A DNA stretch of 64,000 nt from Candidatus Eiseniibacteriota bacterium (GCA_020349905.1 CP070702.1:1900047-1964046); one strand, 5' to 3'; counted from the first letter of the stretch, positions 47,860-58,074 are shown. Notes: a model not told the origin generated them from the sequence alone. Program-made: numbers and translations.

Positions 47860-48907
47860 GATACTCCAGCTCATCGCCCTTCAGAAGAAGTCTGGCGTCC
47901 TGAGGCTGACTTCTCCGGAGGCCAGCGCCGTGCTTTTCTTCGAGAGGGGCGTTGTTGTCTCCCTGACTGACAGGCGCGAGAGAAAGAGCGATCCACTTCT
48001 GGAATACCTGCACGGCACAAACAGGCTCACGACGGAGCAGGTCGAACAGATTTACGCCATCCGAGCACAGAGCAAGAAGGAGTTCGCCGAGGTAATAATC
48101 ACCGGCGGATATCTTACGTCCAAGCAGCTTGCCCAGGCCGTGGAGCTGCACGCCAGAGAGCTGCTTCCCAAGCTGCTCAGCTGGAAGAAGGGAGTCTACC
48201 ATTTCTCCGGCGACGAGAAGACCGTTGCCCGGCTTTACTTCAAGGTGCCCATGAGAACCGAGGCACTCTTGATGGAGAGCATGAGGAGGATCGACGAGAG
48301 CGACCGAATCAAACAGCTCTATTCCCCTGCCGCCGTACTCAGACGCAGGGAACCCACCGAGAAACTGGAGCTGGCCGACGAGGAGAAATGGGTGCTGGGT
48401 CTCATAGACGGCAGTCGGCCCATCCGTGAGATACTCGGGAAGTCAAGACTCGGAGAGTTCGAAACCTACGAGATTCTGAGCGACCTGATACAGGCCGGAG
48501 CTGCCGAAGTCGCCCAGTGGACCTCCGATGGCGAACCAGAGGCGGAGCCGGCGGTTCCCGTCCGCAAGACTTCGGGACTGGCTCCCATTCTGGGCATAGG
48601 CGTGGCAGTCATCCTCATCGCGGGAGCCTCGTTCGGCATAAGGTGGGTCCTGAAGACGCTTGGCGAAGGGCCTGCAGTCTCGCGTGCCACGGCCACTCTC
48701 CGCGTCGAAGCGAGCAGAGAGGAGAACATACGGTTCGCGGCCGAGGTCTTCAGAGCCGCCCAGGGCTCGTACCCAGAGGAGCTGTCAGAGCTGGTGGCCC
48801 GCGGCCTCCTGGCTGACAGAGACATCGAAGGCTTCAGCTACTCGAGGCTCAGTGACGGCTTCGAGCTCCACAGGCGGCAGGGACCCCAATCCCGAGTGTC
48901 TCCGTGA
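47819..48907 (+). CDS. DUF4388-domain protein with C-terminal TM segment
   Basis: N-terminus 'MALQGSLEDFSLAEILQLIALQKKSGVLRL' is the hallmark DUF4388 motif; TM 'LAPILGIGVAVILIAGASFGI'; overlaps the upstream gene by 41 nt. Confidence 0.65.
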   Translation: MALQGSLEDFSLAEILQLIALQKKSGVLRLTSPEASAVLFFERGVVVSLTDRRERKSDPLLEYLHGTNRLTTEQVEQIYAIRAQSKKEFAEVIITGGYLTSKQLAQAVELHARELLPKLLSWKKGVYHFSGDEKTVARLYFKVPMRTEALLMESMRRIDESDRIKQLYSPAAVLRRREPTEKLELADEEKWVLGLIDGSRPIREILGKSRLGEFETYEILSDLIQAGAAEVAQWTSDGEPEAEPAVPVRKTSGLAPILGIGVAVILIAGASFGIRWVLKTLGEGPAVSRATATLRVEASREENIRFAAEVFRAAQGSYPEELSELVARGLLADRDIEGFSYSRLSDGFELHRRQGPQSRVSP

Positions 48908-48938
48908 GCGCCGCCGGCGGGCTGCTCTTCCCTCCCTT

Positions 48939-49907
48939 TTATCTACCTGTCACAGAGGGATAATCAAGCGCAAACCTTCTCGAGTAATACACCCGCGACA
49001 GCCCCAGCAACGCCAAAACCACCACAAGGAACAAGGGGTGAAGAACTCCCACAAGCAGGACGAAGACCGCAGAACTGCACCGGTACGCGACCCTTACCGA
49101 GCGAGGGTCCACTCTGAGTGAAGCAAACGCAAAGAAGGGCAAGGCAAGAAGAGAACCAGCGGCAGCGATTCGATTCTCGACCACAAGCGCCACGGGCAGG
49201 GCCAGGGCGACGAGACAGAGCGCCAGAAGTGTTCCCCCTCGAAGAGTCAGAACGACACCGGCCGACCTGAAGCCGCTCTTCGCGTCACCCTCCTTGTCCG
49301 CCAGGGCAGTGAGGACGAAGACCGCTCCCACGCACAGGGCGTAGGGCATCGCTCTCCAGACGTCAGGCTGAGCGCCCTGCCCCTTCACCACGACCCATCC
49401 CGCGGAGTAGGCCAGTATGCCGTACCCTATCGCGTTGGCCACAAGGTCAAAGGGGAAACGTCTCTTAAGAGCGATCGGCGGAACCGAGTAGAGGAGTCCC
49501 AGCACCAGCGAGAGGATGAAATAGAGAGGCAGCCTCCCCCCTATCACCAGGGCACCTACGACGGCGTGCACCGCGAGGACGATGGACGCCGTGACGGCTT
49601 CTCTCCTCTTCACGATCCCCTTGGGCAACAGAAACAGCTTGTCGTTGGCCCTGTCGGTCTCGATGTCTGATATCTGGTTGACGACGTAGACGGAGCCCAT
49701 CAGCATGGCGTAGAAGACGGCGGCAATCACGAACGGGCCTTGCCCCTGCTCCACTCCTTCGCGGGCGTCGTAGTGACCCAGGAGAAAGAACGTCACCGCG
49801 GGCACCAGCACCAGCGGCCTGAGGAGAAAGAATCGGTCAGCCACGGTCAGGAGGATTCGCTTCATTACTCCGGCACCTGGGTCAGCCTGTGAGTTCGCCG
49901 CGCGCAC
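48939..49907 (-). CDS. UbiA-family prenyltransferase
   Basis: 'NQISDIETDRAND' Asp-rich motif in a polytopic membrane protein. Confidence 0.7.
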   Translation of the reverse strand: MRAANSQADPGAGVMKRILLTVADRFFLLRPLVLVPAVTFFLLGHYDAREGVEQGQGPFVIAAVFYAMLMGSVYVVNQISDIETDRANDKLFLLPKGIVKRREAVTASIVLAVHAVVGALVIGGRLPLYFILSLVLGLLYSVPPIALKRRFPFDLVANAIGYGILAYSAGWVVVKGQGAQPDVWRAMPYALCVGAVFVLTALADKEGDAKSGFRSAGVVLTLRGGTLLALCLVALALPVALVVENRIAAAGSLLALPFFAFASLRVDPRSVRVAYRCSSAVFVLLVGVLHPLFLVVVLALLGLSRVYYSRRFALDYPSVTGR

Positions 49908-49916
49908 GGGTCGAAC

Positions 49917-50501
49917 TCAGCGTGTTCGCTCATCTCCGCATCTCTGTTTCAGTATCCACTCGATGGCCTGTGTCGAGTTCTCGCACACCTTGTCCGCAAA
50001 GCCCAGAACCTCGTCCCCGTCCTTCTCCAGCTCCCCGCTCCCGAAGCCAGTCCGCACGAAAACCGTCGAAGTTCCGGCCGCCTTGCCGGCCTGCAAGTCG
50101 GTCAGCTTGTCACCGACCATGAAGCTGCGAGAGAGGTCGATGTCCAGCTCTTCGGCGGCCCTGAGAAGAAGTCCCGGTCTGGGCTTCCGGCAATCGCACT
50201 CCACGTCGTAGTCCGGGTGATGTACGCAGTAATAGACCGCATCCAGCGAAGCGTCCTGCGCGGCAAGAAGCTGTCTTAGTCGCTCGTTCACTGCCTCGAT
50301 ATCCTCGACAGTGAAGAGTCCCCTCGCCACGCCTGCCTGGTTCGATACGACGACCACGGGCACGCCCAGTCTGTTGAGGTGCGCGATCGAGGAGGCGACA
50401 TTCCCCAGCAGCTTGACCTTCGCAGGGTCCGAGATGTAGCCTGTCTCTTCGATAATCGTTCCGTCACGGTCAAGAAAGATCGCCCAGTCTGCCCTGCTCA
50501 A
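49917..50501 (-). CDS. gmhB: D-glycero-D-manno-heptose 1,7-bisphosphate 7-phosphatase (HAD-IIIA)
   Basis: 'AIFLDRDGTI' DxDGT motif, 'VVVSNQAG', 'CDCRKPRPG', 'FMVGDKLTDLQAG'. Confidence 0.8.
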   Translation of the reverse strand: MSRADWAIFLDRDGTIIEETGYISDPAKVKLLGNVASSIAHLNRLGVPVVVVSNQAGVARGLFTVEDIEAVNERLRQLLAAQDASLDAVYYCVHHPDYDVECDCRKPRPGLLLRAAEELDIDLSRSFMVGDKLTDLQAGKAAGTSTVFVRTGFGSGELEKDGDEVLGFADKVCENSTQAIEWILKQRCGDERTR

Positions 50502-52738
50502 TCGTCTCCTCCTTCTGTCTTTTTCAGGCTGCCTTCACTGTCGCCGCTCCGGCTCAGCTCCATGGCGGCGCGGTAGACGTCCTCGACTCCGATGCGGCCC
50601 AGGCACTCGAGCTCGTAGGGACATGTCTTGCGAAAACACGGCGAGCAAGACAACTTGTCGTACAAGACCCGTACCGCCTTGCCCCGCGGTGCGGTCCAGT
50701 AAGGATCCGAGGAGCCAAAGACGACCACAACGGGGCACCCAGACGCCGCTGCGACGTGGACGGCCCCCGAGTCGTTCCCGACAAAGACAGCGCCCCGCGA
50801 TGCCACGGCGGCCAGCTCGCGAAGACCCGTCTTCCCGGAGAGGTCCACCACCGGAGCATCCGACCTTTCAGCGATTTCCCGGCAGAGCTCTCTCTCCACC
50901 CGGCTGCCCACCAGAACAGCCTGAAACCCCCCTCCACTGCAAAGCATCCCCGCGAGGCGAGCGAAGTTCTCGGCCGGCCACCTCTTGGTCTCGCCATACG
51001 TGGCGCCGGGCGCAAGAAGAACCACCGAAGCCGATTCCCCCACGCCTGCATCTCTGAGCAGTTGCCGCGCGCGCCCGAGCTCCCCGGCCGAGAAAAACAG
51101 GCGAGGCCCCCGGGGCACAATGCATCCGGCCGGAACAAGCTGCGCATACTGTTCACACAGGTGACTCCATCTCTGGCGCTCCAGGCAGACGGCAAGCATC
51201 CTGTCTCTGAGTTCTCCCCCGAACCCAACGATCTTCTTCACCCCGCCCAGCCGGAGCATGACCGCAGAGGAAAACGAGTCGGGCATGGCAACTCCCGCCT
51301 CGCAGTGGTTTCTCCTCAACGTCACGGCCCCACTGATGACACCGGCAACCCCCCCGCGACGGAGGCGCACCAACTTCCCCGCGACCTTACTCTGTTCCAG
51401 GATGCCGACCACACGCTCGTGGGCCACCACAACCAGTTCCCCTCCACGCATACACTCCTTCAAGGCTTCCAGCGACGGGCAAGCCATCACAGCATCTCCC
51501 ACCCAGTTCGGGGCGCGGACTGCGAGGGAGCCAGGATGCGGAGCGCTCCACGCCCGGGGGCTCGCACCCCCTCGTTCTCCTCCGAGTACGAAGCGAGGCA
51601 ACTGGAGCCGCCGGTGGGACGCGAGGTCGGCCGCTCTTGGCTCGCTCAGAATCCGCTGCACCTCCTCTGCCACCAGCGCCACGTCTATCGATTCCATGCA
51701 ACGCATGTCGCCCTCGTTGCAGGAATCCTTACCGTGGACGTCGCACGGTTTGCAGTCGAAGGAATTGGATATCACGCTGGAGCAGGAATCCGGCGGATAG
51801 AATCCGAACTCCGGCACCGTCGAGCCGAACAGCGCCACGACCGGTGTGCCCACGGCGTGAGCCACGTGCATGAGACCGGAATCATTAGAAACCACGCAGT
51901 CGCAGCGCGCCAGCAGTGCAGCTGAGCTCCGTAGCCCTCCTACGTGGAACCTCACGCCTTCGAGTCTCTCACACGACTTCTCGACGTCCTGAAGAACCGC
52001 CGCGTCCACTTCTCCCCCAACAACGCACACGTCGAGGTCCCTTTCGCGAAGCTCCTGGGCCAGAAGCCCGAAGCGCTCCGCGCTCCAGATCTTCGTTTTC
52101 CACTTGGCTCCGGGACACAACCCCACGAGGGGCCGCCTTCCCTGCCCGGGAAGAAGAGCTAAGAACTCCTCTGCCAGGTTCTTCTCTTCATCTGCCAGAA
52201 ACATCCGGGGCCTTGAGGCGGGTACCGGGCCGCACGCCCTTTCGGCGGCGCGCAAGAAGCGTTGGACGGAATGCCTGACCCGCCGGGGGCGATACCTCTT
52301 GAACCGAACCATGGCGTGTCTGGCAACGGCGTCTCTGTCACCGGTCTTGCGGTCCCCGGATGGCGCCAGACGGCAGACCAAGGCTGTGCGGGGAGTGGAC
52401 TGCAGGTCCAGAACGACGTCGAACTTTCTCGACCTCACCTCAGCAGCAGTCGCAAAGATACCGCTCACCGAGTCCACCCCACGAGGAGGGTAGGAAAGGA
52501 CCTCGTTCACAGCGGGATTATGCTTGAAAACGTCGGCAAAAACGTTCCTGGTGAGGAACGTAATCCTGGCCTCGGGAATGGCTTCCTTGACCGCGAGGGG
52601 TACGGAAGAGGCCAGAACCACGTCTCCCAGTGAGCTCAATCGGATCACCAAGATTTTCGGGGAAGAATCCGGCTTCACTGGACCGCCTGGATGTGCCCGG
52701 GACCGGGTAGAAGTGAACGCGGAGTGACGAACCGTCAC
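50498..52738 (-). CDS. Fused tandem GT9 heptosyltransferases (WaaC-like + WaaF-like); GTG start overlapping msbA stop
   Basis: Domain 1 'KILVIRLSSLGDVVLASSVPLAVKE'; domain 2 'AVRAPNWVGDAVMACPSLEALKE...MPDSFSSAVMLRLGG'; 746 aa. Confidence 0.8.
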   Translation of the reverse strand: MTVRHSAFTSTRSRAHPGGPVKPDSSPKILVIRLSSLGDVVLASSVPLAVKEAIPEARITFLTRNVFADVFKHNPAVNEVLSYPPRGVDSVSGIFATAAEVRSRKFDVVLDLQSTPRTALVCRLAPSGDRKTGDRDAVARHAMVRFKRYRPRRVRHSVQRFLRAAERACGPVPASRPRMFLADEEKNLAEEFLALLPGQGRRPLVGLCPGAKWKTKIWSAERFGLLAQELRERDLDVCVVGGEVDAAVLQDVEKSCERLEGVRFHVGGLRSSAALLARCDCVVSNDSGLMHVAHAVGTPVVALFGSTVPEFGFYPPDSCSSVISNSFDCKPCDVHGKDSCNEGDMRCMESIDVALVAEEVQRILSEPRAADLASHRRLQLPRFVLGGERGGASPRAWSAPHPGSLAVRAPNWVGDAVMACPSLEALKECMRGGELVVVAHERVVGILEQSKVAGKLVRLRRGGVAGVISGAVTLRRNHCEAGVAMPDSFSSAVMLRLGGVKKIVGFGGELRDRMLAVCLERQRWSHLCEQYAQLVPAGCIVPRGPRLFFSAGELGRARQLLRDAGVGESASVVLLAPGATYGETKRWPAENFARLAGMLCSGGGFQAVLVGSRVERELCREIAERSDAPVVDLSGKTGLRELAAVASRGAVFVGNDSGAVHVAAASGCPVVVVFGSSDPYWTAPRGKAVRVLYDKLSCSPCFRKTCPYELECLGRIGVEDVYRAAMELSRSGDSEGSLKKTEGGDD

Positions 52739-54642
52739 TGAACGGCTTCAGAGGTCCGGGCCGATTCTGGCGCCGTGAATTGCAGCTCGTACAGCCTCCT
52801 GTACATTCCTTCCTCAGAGAGCAAGCTCTCGTGTGTCCCTCGCTGGACTATCCTGCCGCGATCCAACACGATTATCTGGTCGGCACGCTGAACAGTGGAG
52901 AGTCTGTGAGCTATCACGAACGTCGTCCTGTTGCGCATCAATCGCTCTATGGCCTGCTGGACCAGGAGTTCGGACTCAGTGTCCAGCGCAGAGGTGGCCT
53001 CGTCCAGAATCAGGATGGGCGGGTTCTTCAGGACCGCCCGGGCGATTGCGATTCTCTGTCTCTGCCCGCCTGATAGGCGCACGCCCCTTTCGCCCATGAC
53101 CGTCTGATAGTCCGAGGGCATCATGGCTATGAATTGGTGGGCGTTGGCGGCTCTGGCGGCACGCACGACCTCTTCTTCCGGAATGTCCTCGCAACCGTAC
53201 GCAATGTTATTCCATACGGTGTCGTTGAAGAGAATGGTCTCCTGAGTCACGATGCCCATGAGGGCACGAAGTGAATCAGTCTTGATATCCAGAACGTCCA
53301 CCCCGTCAAACAGGATGCTGCCCGAGGTGGGAGCGTAGAACTTCGGCAGCAGGTCGACCAGAGTTGACTTGCCCGCCCCGCTGGGTCCGACGATCGCCAG
53401 AACCTGACCGACCTCCACCGTGAAGCTGACGTCCTTCAGGACGTCGGCCGCCCCGTCGTAGCTGAAACACACGTTTCGGAATTCTATCGAGTTGCGAAGC
53501 GAGGTGAGTCCGGTGGCACGTGGGCTGTCGAACATCTGGGGTTCGGTGTCCAGCAGCTTGAAGACCCTCTTTGCCGCCGCCAACCCCTCCTGAATCTTGG
53601 TGTTCACCTGGCTGAGACTCTTTATCGGGGTCATCATGGAGAACATTGCGAGCATGAATACGAAGAACCTGTCCGGCTGGAGAGTCTGTTCCTGCAGAAT
53701 CTGCCTGCCCCCGAACCAGAGCACGACGGTGCCCACCACGACTCCCACGTACTCCGAGAGAGGTGCAGCCATCGCCCCTATGCGCCTGAGCCTCAGGAAG
53801 GAAGATAGATACGCCTTGGTGAAGCGGAAGAACTTGTTCTGTTCGAAGGACTCCATACCGAACGACTTCACCACCCTTATGCCTGATATCGTTTCCTGCA
53901 GCACGGCGGTGATATCTCCCATCCTTTCCTGGATGAGAGTGCTGTCTCTTCGGAGCTTCTTGCTTATCGTAACTATTAGGAACATGCTCGGTGGCAGCAC
54001 CGCGAGCGAGACAAGTGCCAGGTGCCAGCTCGCCCAGAAGACCAGGAACAGGCAGACGAACAGCAGAAGCGTGTCCCGCACGACATTGCTGAACACTGCC
54101 GTTATGGTCCCCCTAATCATGCTCACATCGTTGGTGATTCTGGAGATGAGCCTACCTGTCCTCTGGCTGTGAAAGAAGGACAACGGCAGCGCGTGGAGAT
54201 GTGAATACAGGCGGTCCCTCAGATCCTTGATCACCTTCTGTTCCACGGAGGCAATCAGGTAGGTCTGCCCGTAATTGAAGAGGGTCTTTATTAGCATCAC
54301 TATGAGGATGACGAAACAGATCCGCTCAAGCGACACCAGTGGCCGGGAGGAGAGAAGATACTTCTGCGCCTTCAACTTCACGTAGTCCTTCATCTTCCCG
54401 AGGTCGTCCGGTGAAGAAATGTCGAGGGATGGCTCTTCCAGCGTCTGCGCTTGCTGTAGCGCCACGGGGTCTCTGAAAAGCACCTGGATGAACGGAGAGA
54501 CCATCCCGATCGAGAATCCGCTGAAGATGGCGAACATGACCATGCACGCGAGCGCGACGAGCAGGCTTCGCCAATGAGGTTTCACGCACGCCATCAATCT
54601 CCAAAACGGACTCATCACTACCTCGCGCGCAGGCTCGACCAC
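52735..54642 (-). CDS. msbA: Lipid A export ABC transporter, fused permease/ATPase
   Basis: Six TM then NBD with 'GPSGAGKSTL', '[14 protein letters not shown]', 'LILDEATSALD'; located in LPS operon. Confidence 0.85.
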   Translation of the reverse strand: MVEPAREVVMSPFWRLMACVKPHWRSLLVALACMVMFAIFSGFSIGMVSPFIQVLFRDPVALQQAQTLEEPSLDISSPDDLGKMKDYVKLKAQKYLLSSRPLVSLERICFVILIVMLIKTLFNYGQTYLIASVEQKVIKDLRDRLYSHLHALPLSFFHSQRTGRLISRITNDVSMIRGTITAVFSNVVRDTLLLFVCLFLVFWASWHLALVSLAVLPPSMFLIVTISKKLRRDSTLIQERMGDITAVLQETISGIRVVKSFGMESFEQNKFFRFTKAYLSSFLRLRRIGAMAAPLSEYVGVVVGTVVLWFGGRQILQEQTLQPDRFFVFMLAMFSMMTPIKSLSQVNTKIQEGLAAAKRVFKLLDTEPQMFDSPRATGLTSLRNSIEFRNVCFSYDGAADVLKDVSFTVEVGQVLAIVGPSGAGKSTLVDLLPKFYAPTSGSILFDGVDVLDIKTDSLRALMGIVTQETILFNDTVWNNIAYGCEDIPEEEVVRAARAANAHQFIAMMPSDYQTVMGERGVRLSGGQRQRIAIARAVLKNPPILILDEATSALDTESELLVQQAIERLMRNRTTFVIAHRLSTVQRADQIIVLDRGRIVQRGTHESLLSEEGMYRRLYELQFTAPESARTSEAVQ

Positions 54643-54688
54643 GAGCCCAGGTTCCGTCTCGCGGACGGTGTCTATCTTGCCCTCAGAG

Positions 54689-55057
54689 TCACCAGGGGTA
54701 TTTCTTTACGAATTCCTCGTCGAAATCGTACACGTCGCTGAAGTCCTCTATCTTGTCTTCATCCGTCTTACCGAGAAGCTTGTTCTCTACCAGGTTGAAG
54801 ACAATCTCCCCGAAATCTCGGGTGGTGTGCACGCCCCAGTAGTCAAACACGGTCTTGGTCATGGGCCCGTACTGGGCAAGAGCGAACTCCCTGATGCCCT
54901 CGAGCAACTCCTTGCCCGTCACATGTCTTGACTCACCGAGCTTCGAGAGCGTGTAGTTGAGGGCCAGCATGACGAACGCGTACGCCGCCACCTTGTAACG
55001 AGGGTCTTTGTCCGTTATCTGTTCGACCTTCTCGTAGAAATCCGAATCCCGTTCCAT
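54689..55057 (-). CDS. Small conserved hypothetical protein (~122 aa)
   Basis: Start placed at 'MERDSDFYEKV'; acidic soluble protein, no family assigned. Confidence 0.4.
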   Translation of the reverse strand: MERDSDFYEKVEQITDKDPRYKVAAYAFVMLALNYTLSKLGESRHVTGKELLEGIREFALAQYGPMTKTVFDYWGVHTTRDFGEIVFNLVENKLLGKTDEDKIEDFSDVYDFDEEFVKKYPW

Positions 55058-55164
55058 ATCACTCCGGTGCGGACCGCAGCCCAGATTAACGGTCCACATT
55101 CTACGTTGTCAGCACTCGGCCCGTGCACGGCGACTCCCGGTCGGACCGCGACGGCCGGTCAATA

Positions 55165-56811
55165 CTAGAGGTTCCACGCCCTGAACGAAGCCCTTCGCGC
55201 AAACCCTCCATCCTTGGAGAGAACCGTGTCTCTTTTCCATTTTCTATCATCTCTCCTAGGATGGTCAAGGTTGTAGTGCAGGCCTCTGCTTTCCTTCCTC
55301 TGAAGTGCACACCTGATTATGAGTTCAGCCACCAGCCCGATGTTCCTCAGTTCTATGAGGTCGCTGTCAAGTGCGAATCTCATGTAGTAGTCTTCGATTG
55401 TCTCCCGCATTACCGCCGCCCGTCGAGACGCAATCTGAAGGCGCTCGTCCCGGCGCATTATTCCCACGTAATCCCACATCAGCTTTCTCAGGGCCTGCCA
55501 ATCGTGCTTCACCGAGACGCTCTCGAACGGTGTGCGCGACTCACCGGCCTCCAACGGGGCCACGTGAGGAGGCTTGTCCGTCTGGCGGCCCAGGGCGGAG
55601 TTGGCGGCGCGCTCTGCGAAAACGAGCGCTTCCAGGAGGGAATTGCTGGCCAATCTGTTGGCACCGTGCACCCCCGTGCAGGCCACCTCGCCGCACGCGT
55701 ACAGGCCGGGAACCGTCGTCCTCCCTTCGAGGTCCGTGACGACTCCTCCACACATGTAGTGTGCGGCGGGAACAACGGGGACGGGCTCCCTCGCAGGGTC
55801 AAACCCCAGCGAGACGAGCTTCTTGTGTATGTTCGGGAAGCGCTTCTCTATCCTGCTCTTCCCTATGGGCCTCATGTCCAACATCACGTGCAGGTCCCCC
55901 CGTCGCTTCATCTCCCGGTCGATGGCTCTTGCGACAACGTCCCTGGGGGCAAGGCTCGCACGCTTGTGGTATTTCTCAAGAAAGGCGGAGCCGTCGTTCG
56001 TAGTCAGTACCGCGCCCTCGCCGCGTACCGCCTCGGAAATCAGGAAAGACTTTGCCTCGGGATGAAACAGGCAGGTGGGGTGAAACTGGACGAACTCGAG
56101 ATTGGCGACGGCCGCGCCGGCTCTGTAGGCCATGGCTATCCCGTCACCTGTTGCGATGTCTGGATTCGACGTATAGAGATACACCTTGCCACACCCCCCG
56201 GTTGCCAGCAGGGTGTTTCGAGCGGCGAAAGTGACTATTCTGCCCGTTTTCGTGTTCAGGGCATGCGCGCCCCAGCAGACCGGCCTCGTGCCCCGCCCCG
56301 CCCTTACACGGCTCCTTTCGACAACGAGCTCGACTCCGATGTGGTCTTCCACAAGCGCGATCGCAGGATGACGCATCACCGCTGCCAGCAGAGCCCGCTC
56401 TATCTCTCTTCCGGTGAGGTCGTCGGAATGGACTATCCTCCGTGCAGAATGACCGCCCTCGATGCCCAGCGCGAATCCGGAGGGCGCTTGTTCGTCTCTG
56501 GAGAACTTCACGCCGAGGTCAACAAGCTCCCTGACCAGCCTCGGGCCTTCCCTCACGAGCATCTCGACAGCCTTCCTGTTCCCGAGGCCCACTCCGCAAC
56601 GCAGCGTGTCGCGAACGTGAAGCCCGTAGGTGTCTTCCTGGGAGAGGACACAGGCCACGCCTCCCTGAGCGTAGTTCGTGGTAGATTCGTAGTCCTCTTT
56701 CTTGGTCACTATCGTCACGGTCCCCCTGTCAGCGACTTTGAGGGCGAACGTGAGACCGGCAATGCCGCTACCCAGGACGAGAAAATCGGTTTTTCTAGTT
56801 GTTGGCACCAT
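55165..56811 (-). CDS. nadB: L-aspartate oxidase
   Basis: FAD-binding 'VLGSGIAGLTFA', 'TNYAQGGVA', 'RPVCWGAHALNTKTGRI', succinate-dehydrogenase/fumarate-reductase flavoprotein fold, 548 aa. Confidence 0.9.
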   Translation of the reverse strand: MVPTTRKTDFLVLGSGIAGLTFALKVADRGTVTIVTKKEDYESTTNYAQGGVACVLSQEDTYGLHVRDTLRCGVGLGNRKAVEMLVREGPRLVRELVDLGVKFSRDEQAPSGFALGIEGGHSARRIVHSDDLTGREIERALLAAVMRHPAIALVEDHIGVELVVERSRVRAGRGTRPVCWGAHALNTKTGRIVTFAARNTLLATGGCGKVYLYTSNPDIATGDGIAMAYRAGAAVANLEFVQFHPTCLFHPEAKSFLISEAVRGEGAVLTTNDGSAFLEKYHKRASLAPRDVVARAIDREMKRRGDLHVMLDMRPIGKSRIEKRFPNIHKKLVSLGFDPAREPVPVVPAAHYMCGGVVTDLEGRTTVPGLYACGEVACTGVHGANRLASNSLLEALVFAERAANSALGRQTDKPPHVAPLEAGESRTPFESVSVKHDWQALRKLMWDYVGIMRRDERLQIASRRAAVMRETIEDYYMRFALDSDLIELRNIGLVAELIIRCALQRKESRGLHYNLDHPRRDDRKWKRDTVLSKDGGFARRASFRAWNL

Positions 56812-56937
56812 CTGCTGTCCTCAATCGTAGCGAGTGCGGGGAGCGCGTCCCCGAGCCAGCGGGCTGCACCGACAGGCACACCTCCCTTGCCTTCACTATA
56901 TTGACGTACGGGCCCGTCCGCAAGCTTCCCCGCGCCT

Positions 56938-58074
56938 TCAGCGCACCCGCCCTTCTCTCCGTGGTTTCGGCCCTGTTTCCAGGGCGCTGAGCAGGGCACG
57001 CTGGAGGGCCTCAGTTCCTTCCGCAGTCCTCAGCTCTATTCCCACCGCCAGGAGCGGGATTCCCAGCCGTGGCATCTCACCCTCGACGGGCAATCTCATC
57101 GCGTCCTTCTCAGTCGTGACGAGAAACTCCGTCTTCACGTGCGACGCTTCCTCTCGTATCGCCTCCAGATCGTGCGCGGAAAAGAAATGGTGGTCGGAGA
57201 ATCTCTTGGACCCCACCAGACGGACTCCCGTTTCGCGGAGCGTCTGCTCGAATGACTCCGGGTTCGCCACACCCGAGAAAGCATACACGGCCGCCTTCTC
57301 CAGCACCTCCGGCTTCGCCTCCTCCCATGAGTCCACCTTCCAGACGCCTCTCAAGACGTGCTCTCCCCTGACTATGGGAGCCCGTGTGAGCCTGCGAATC
57401 TCGCTCTCAAGGGCCTGCGTGTTCTGGACCTGATTGCAGCGAGTGATCACGACTACGTCGCCGCGCGAGAGGTTCTGCTTCGGCTCCCTGAGACGCCCCC
57501 GCGGTAGAAGATGCCCGCTTCCCCAAGGATTGGTGGCGTCTACGAGCACGATCTCCAGGTCTTTCCGAATCGAGATGGATTGGAAGCCATCGTCCAGGAC
57601 GATGACCTGAGGCCTCAGGGCTCTCCAGGTCCTCCGGACGGCAGAGGCCTTGGTCCACCCCGAGGCGACGGGAACCGAACCCAGCAGGTGCGACAGCAGC
57701 ACCGCCTCATCGCCAGCCACACTCGAAACTCGGGGCGAAGGATCCTGCTCCCTGAGCAGCACGTAGCTCCCCGAGGTTCTCGCCCCGTACCCGTGGCTCA
57801 CCACCGCTGTGCGCACGCCCATTCTGTGGAAGAACTGCGCCACCCAGGCGACCATCGGCGTCTTTCCTGTCCCCCCCACCGTCATGTTACCGACGCTGAC
57901 TACCGTGCAGGGCACTGCCAGCTTGCTCCTGAACTCCTCAAGGCTCCATCTCAAACTGAGCGCCAGGCCGTAGCACCAAGACAAGGGGACAAGCGGAGCC
58001 GCAAGCGCGTTTACAAGCGACGAGTCCCTTCTGGACTCCAGATAGTGAAGAGCTCCCTCCAGCACGTCTTTCAC
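56938..58074 (-). CDS. lpxK: Tetraacyldisaccharide 4'-kinase
   Basis: 'VSVGNMTVGGTGKTPMVAWVAQ' P-loop typical of LpxK. Confidence 0.8.
   Translation of the reverse strand: MKDVLEGALHYLESRRDSSLVNALAAPLVPLSWCYGLALSLRWSLEEFRSKLAVPCTVVSVGNMTVGGTGKTPMVAWVAQFFHRMGVRTAVVSHGYGARTSGSYVLLREQDPSPRVSSVAGDEAVLLSHLLGSVPVASGWTKASAVRRTWRALRPQVIVLDDGFQSISIRKDLEIVLVDATNPWGSGHLLPRGRLREPKQNLSRGDVVVITRCNQVQNTQALESEIRRLTRAPIVRGEHVLRGVWKVDSWEEAKPEVLEKAAVYAFSGVANPESFEQTLRETGVRLVGSKRFSDHHFFSAHDLEAIREEASHVKTEFLVTTEKDAMRLPVEGEMPRLGIPLLAVGIELRTAEGTEALQRALLSALETGPKPRREGRVR

Noticed and set aside
48908-48938. Bidirectional terminator between DUF4388 gene and ubiA-like gene
   Set aside because: GCCGCCGGCGGGC is GC-palindromic but has no loop and only a modest T-rich tail. 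Confidence is too low for the feature list.
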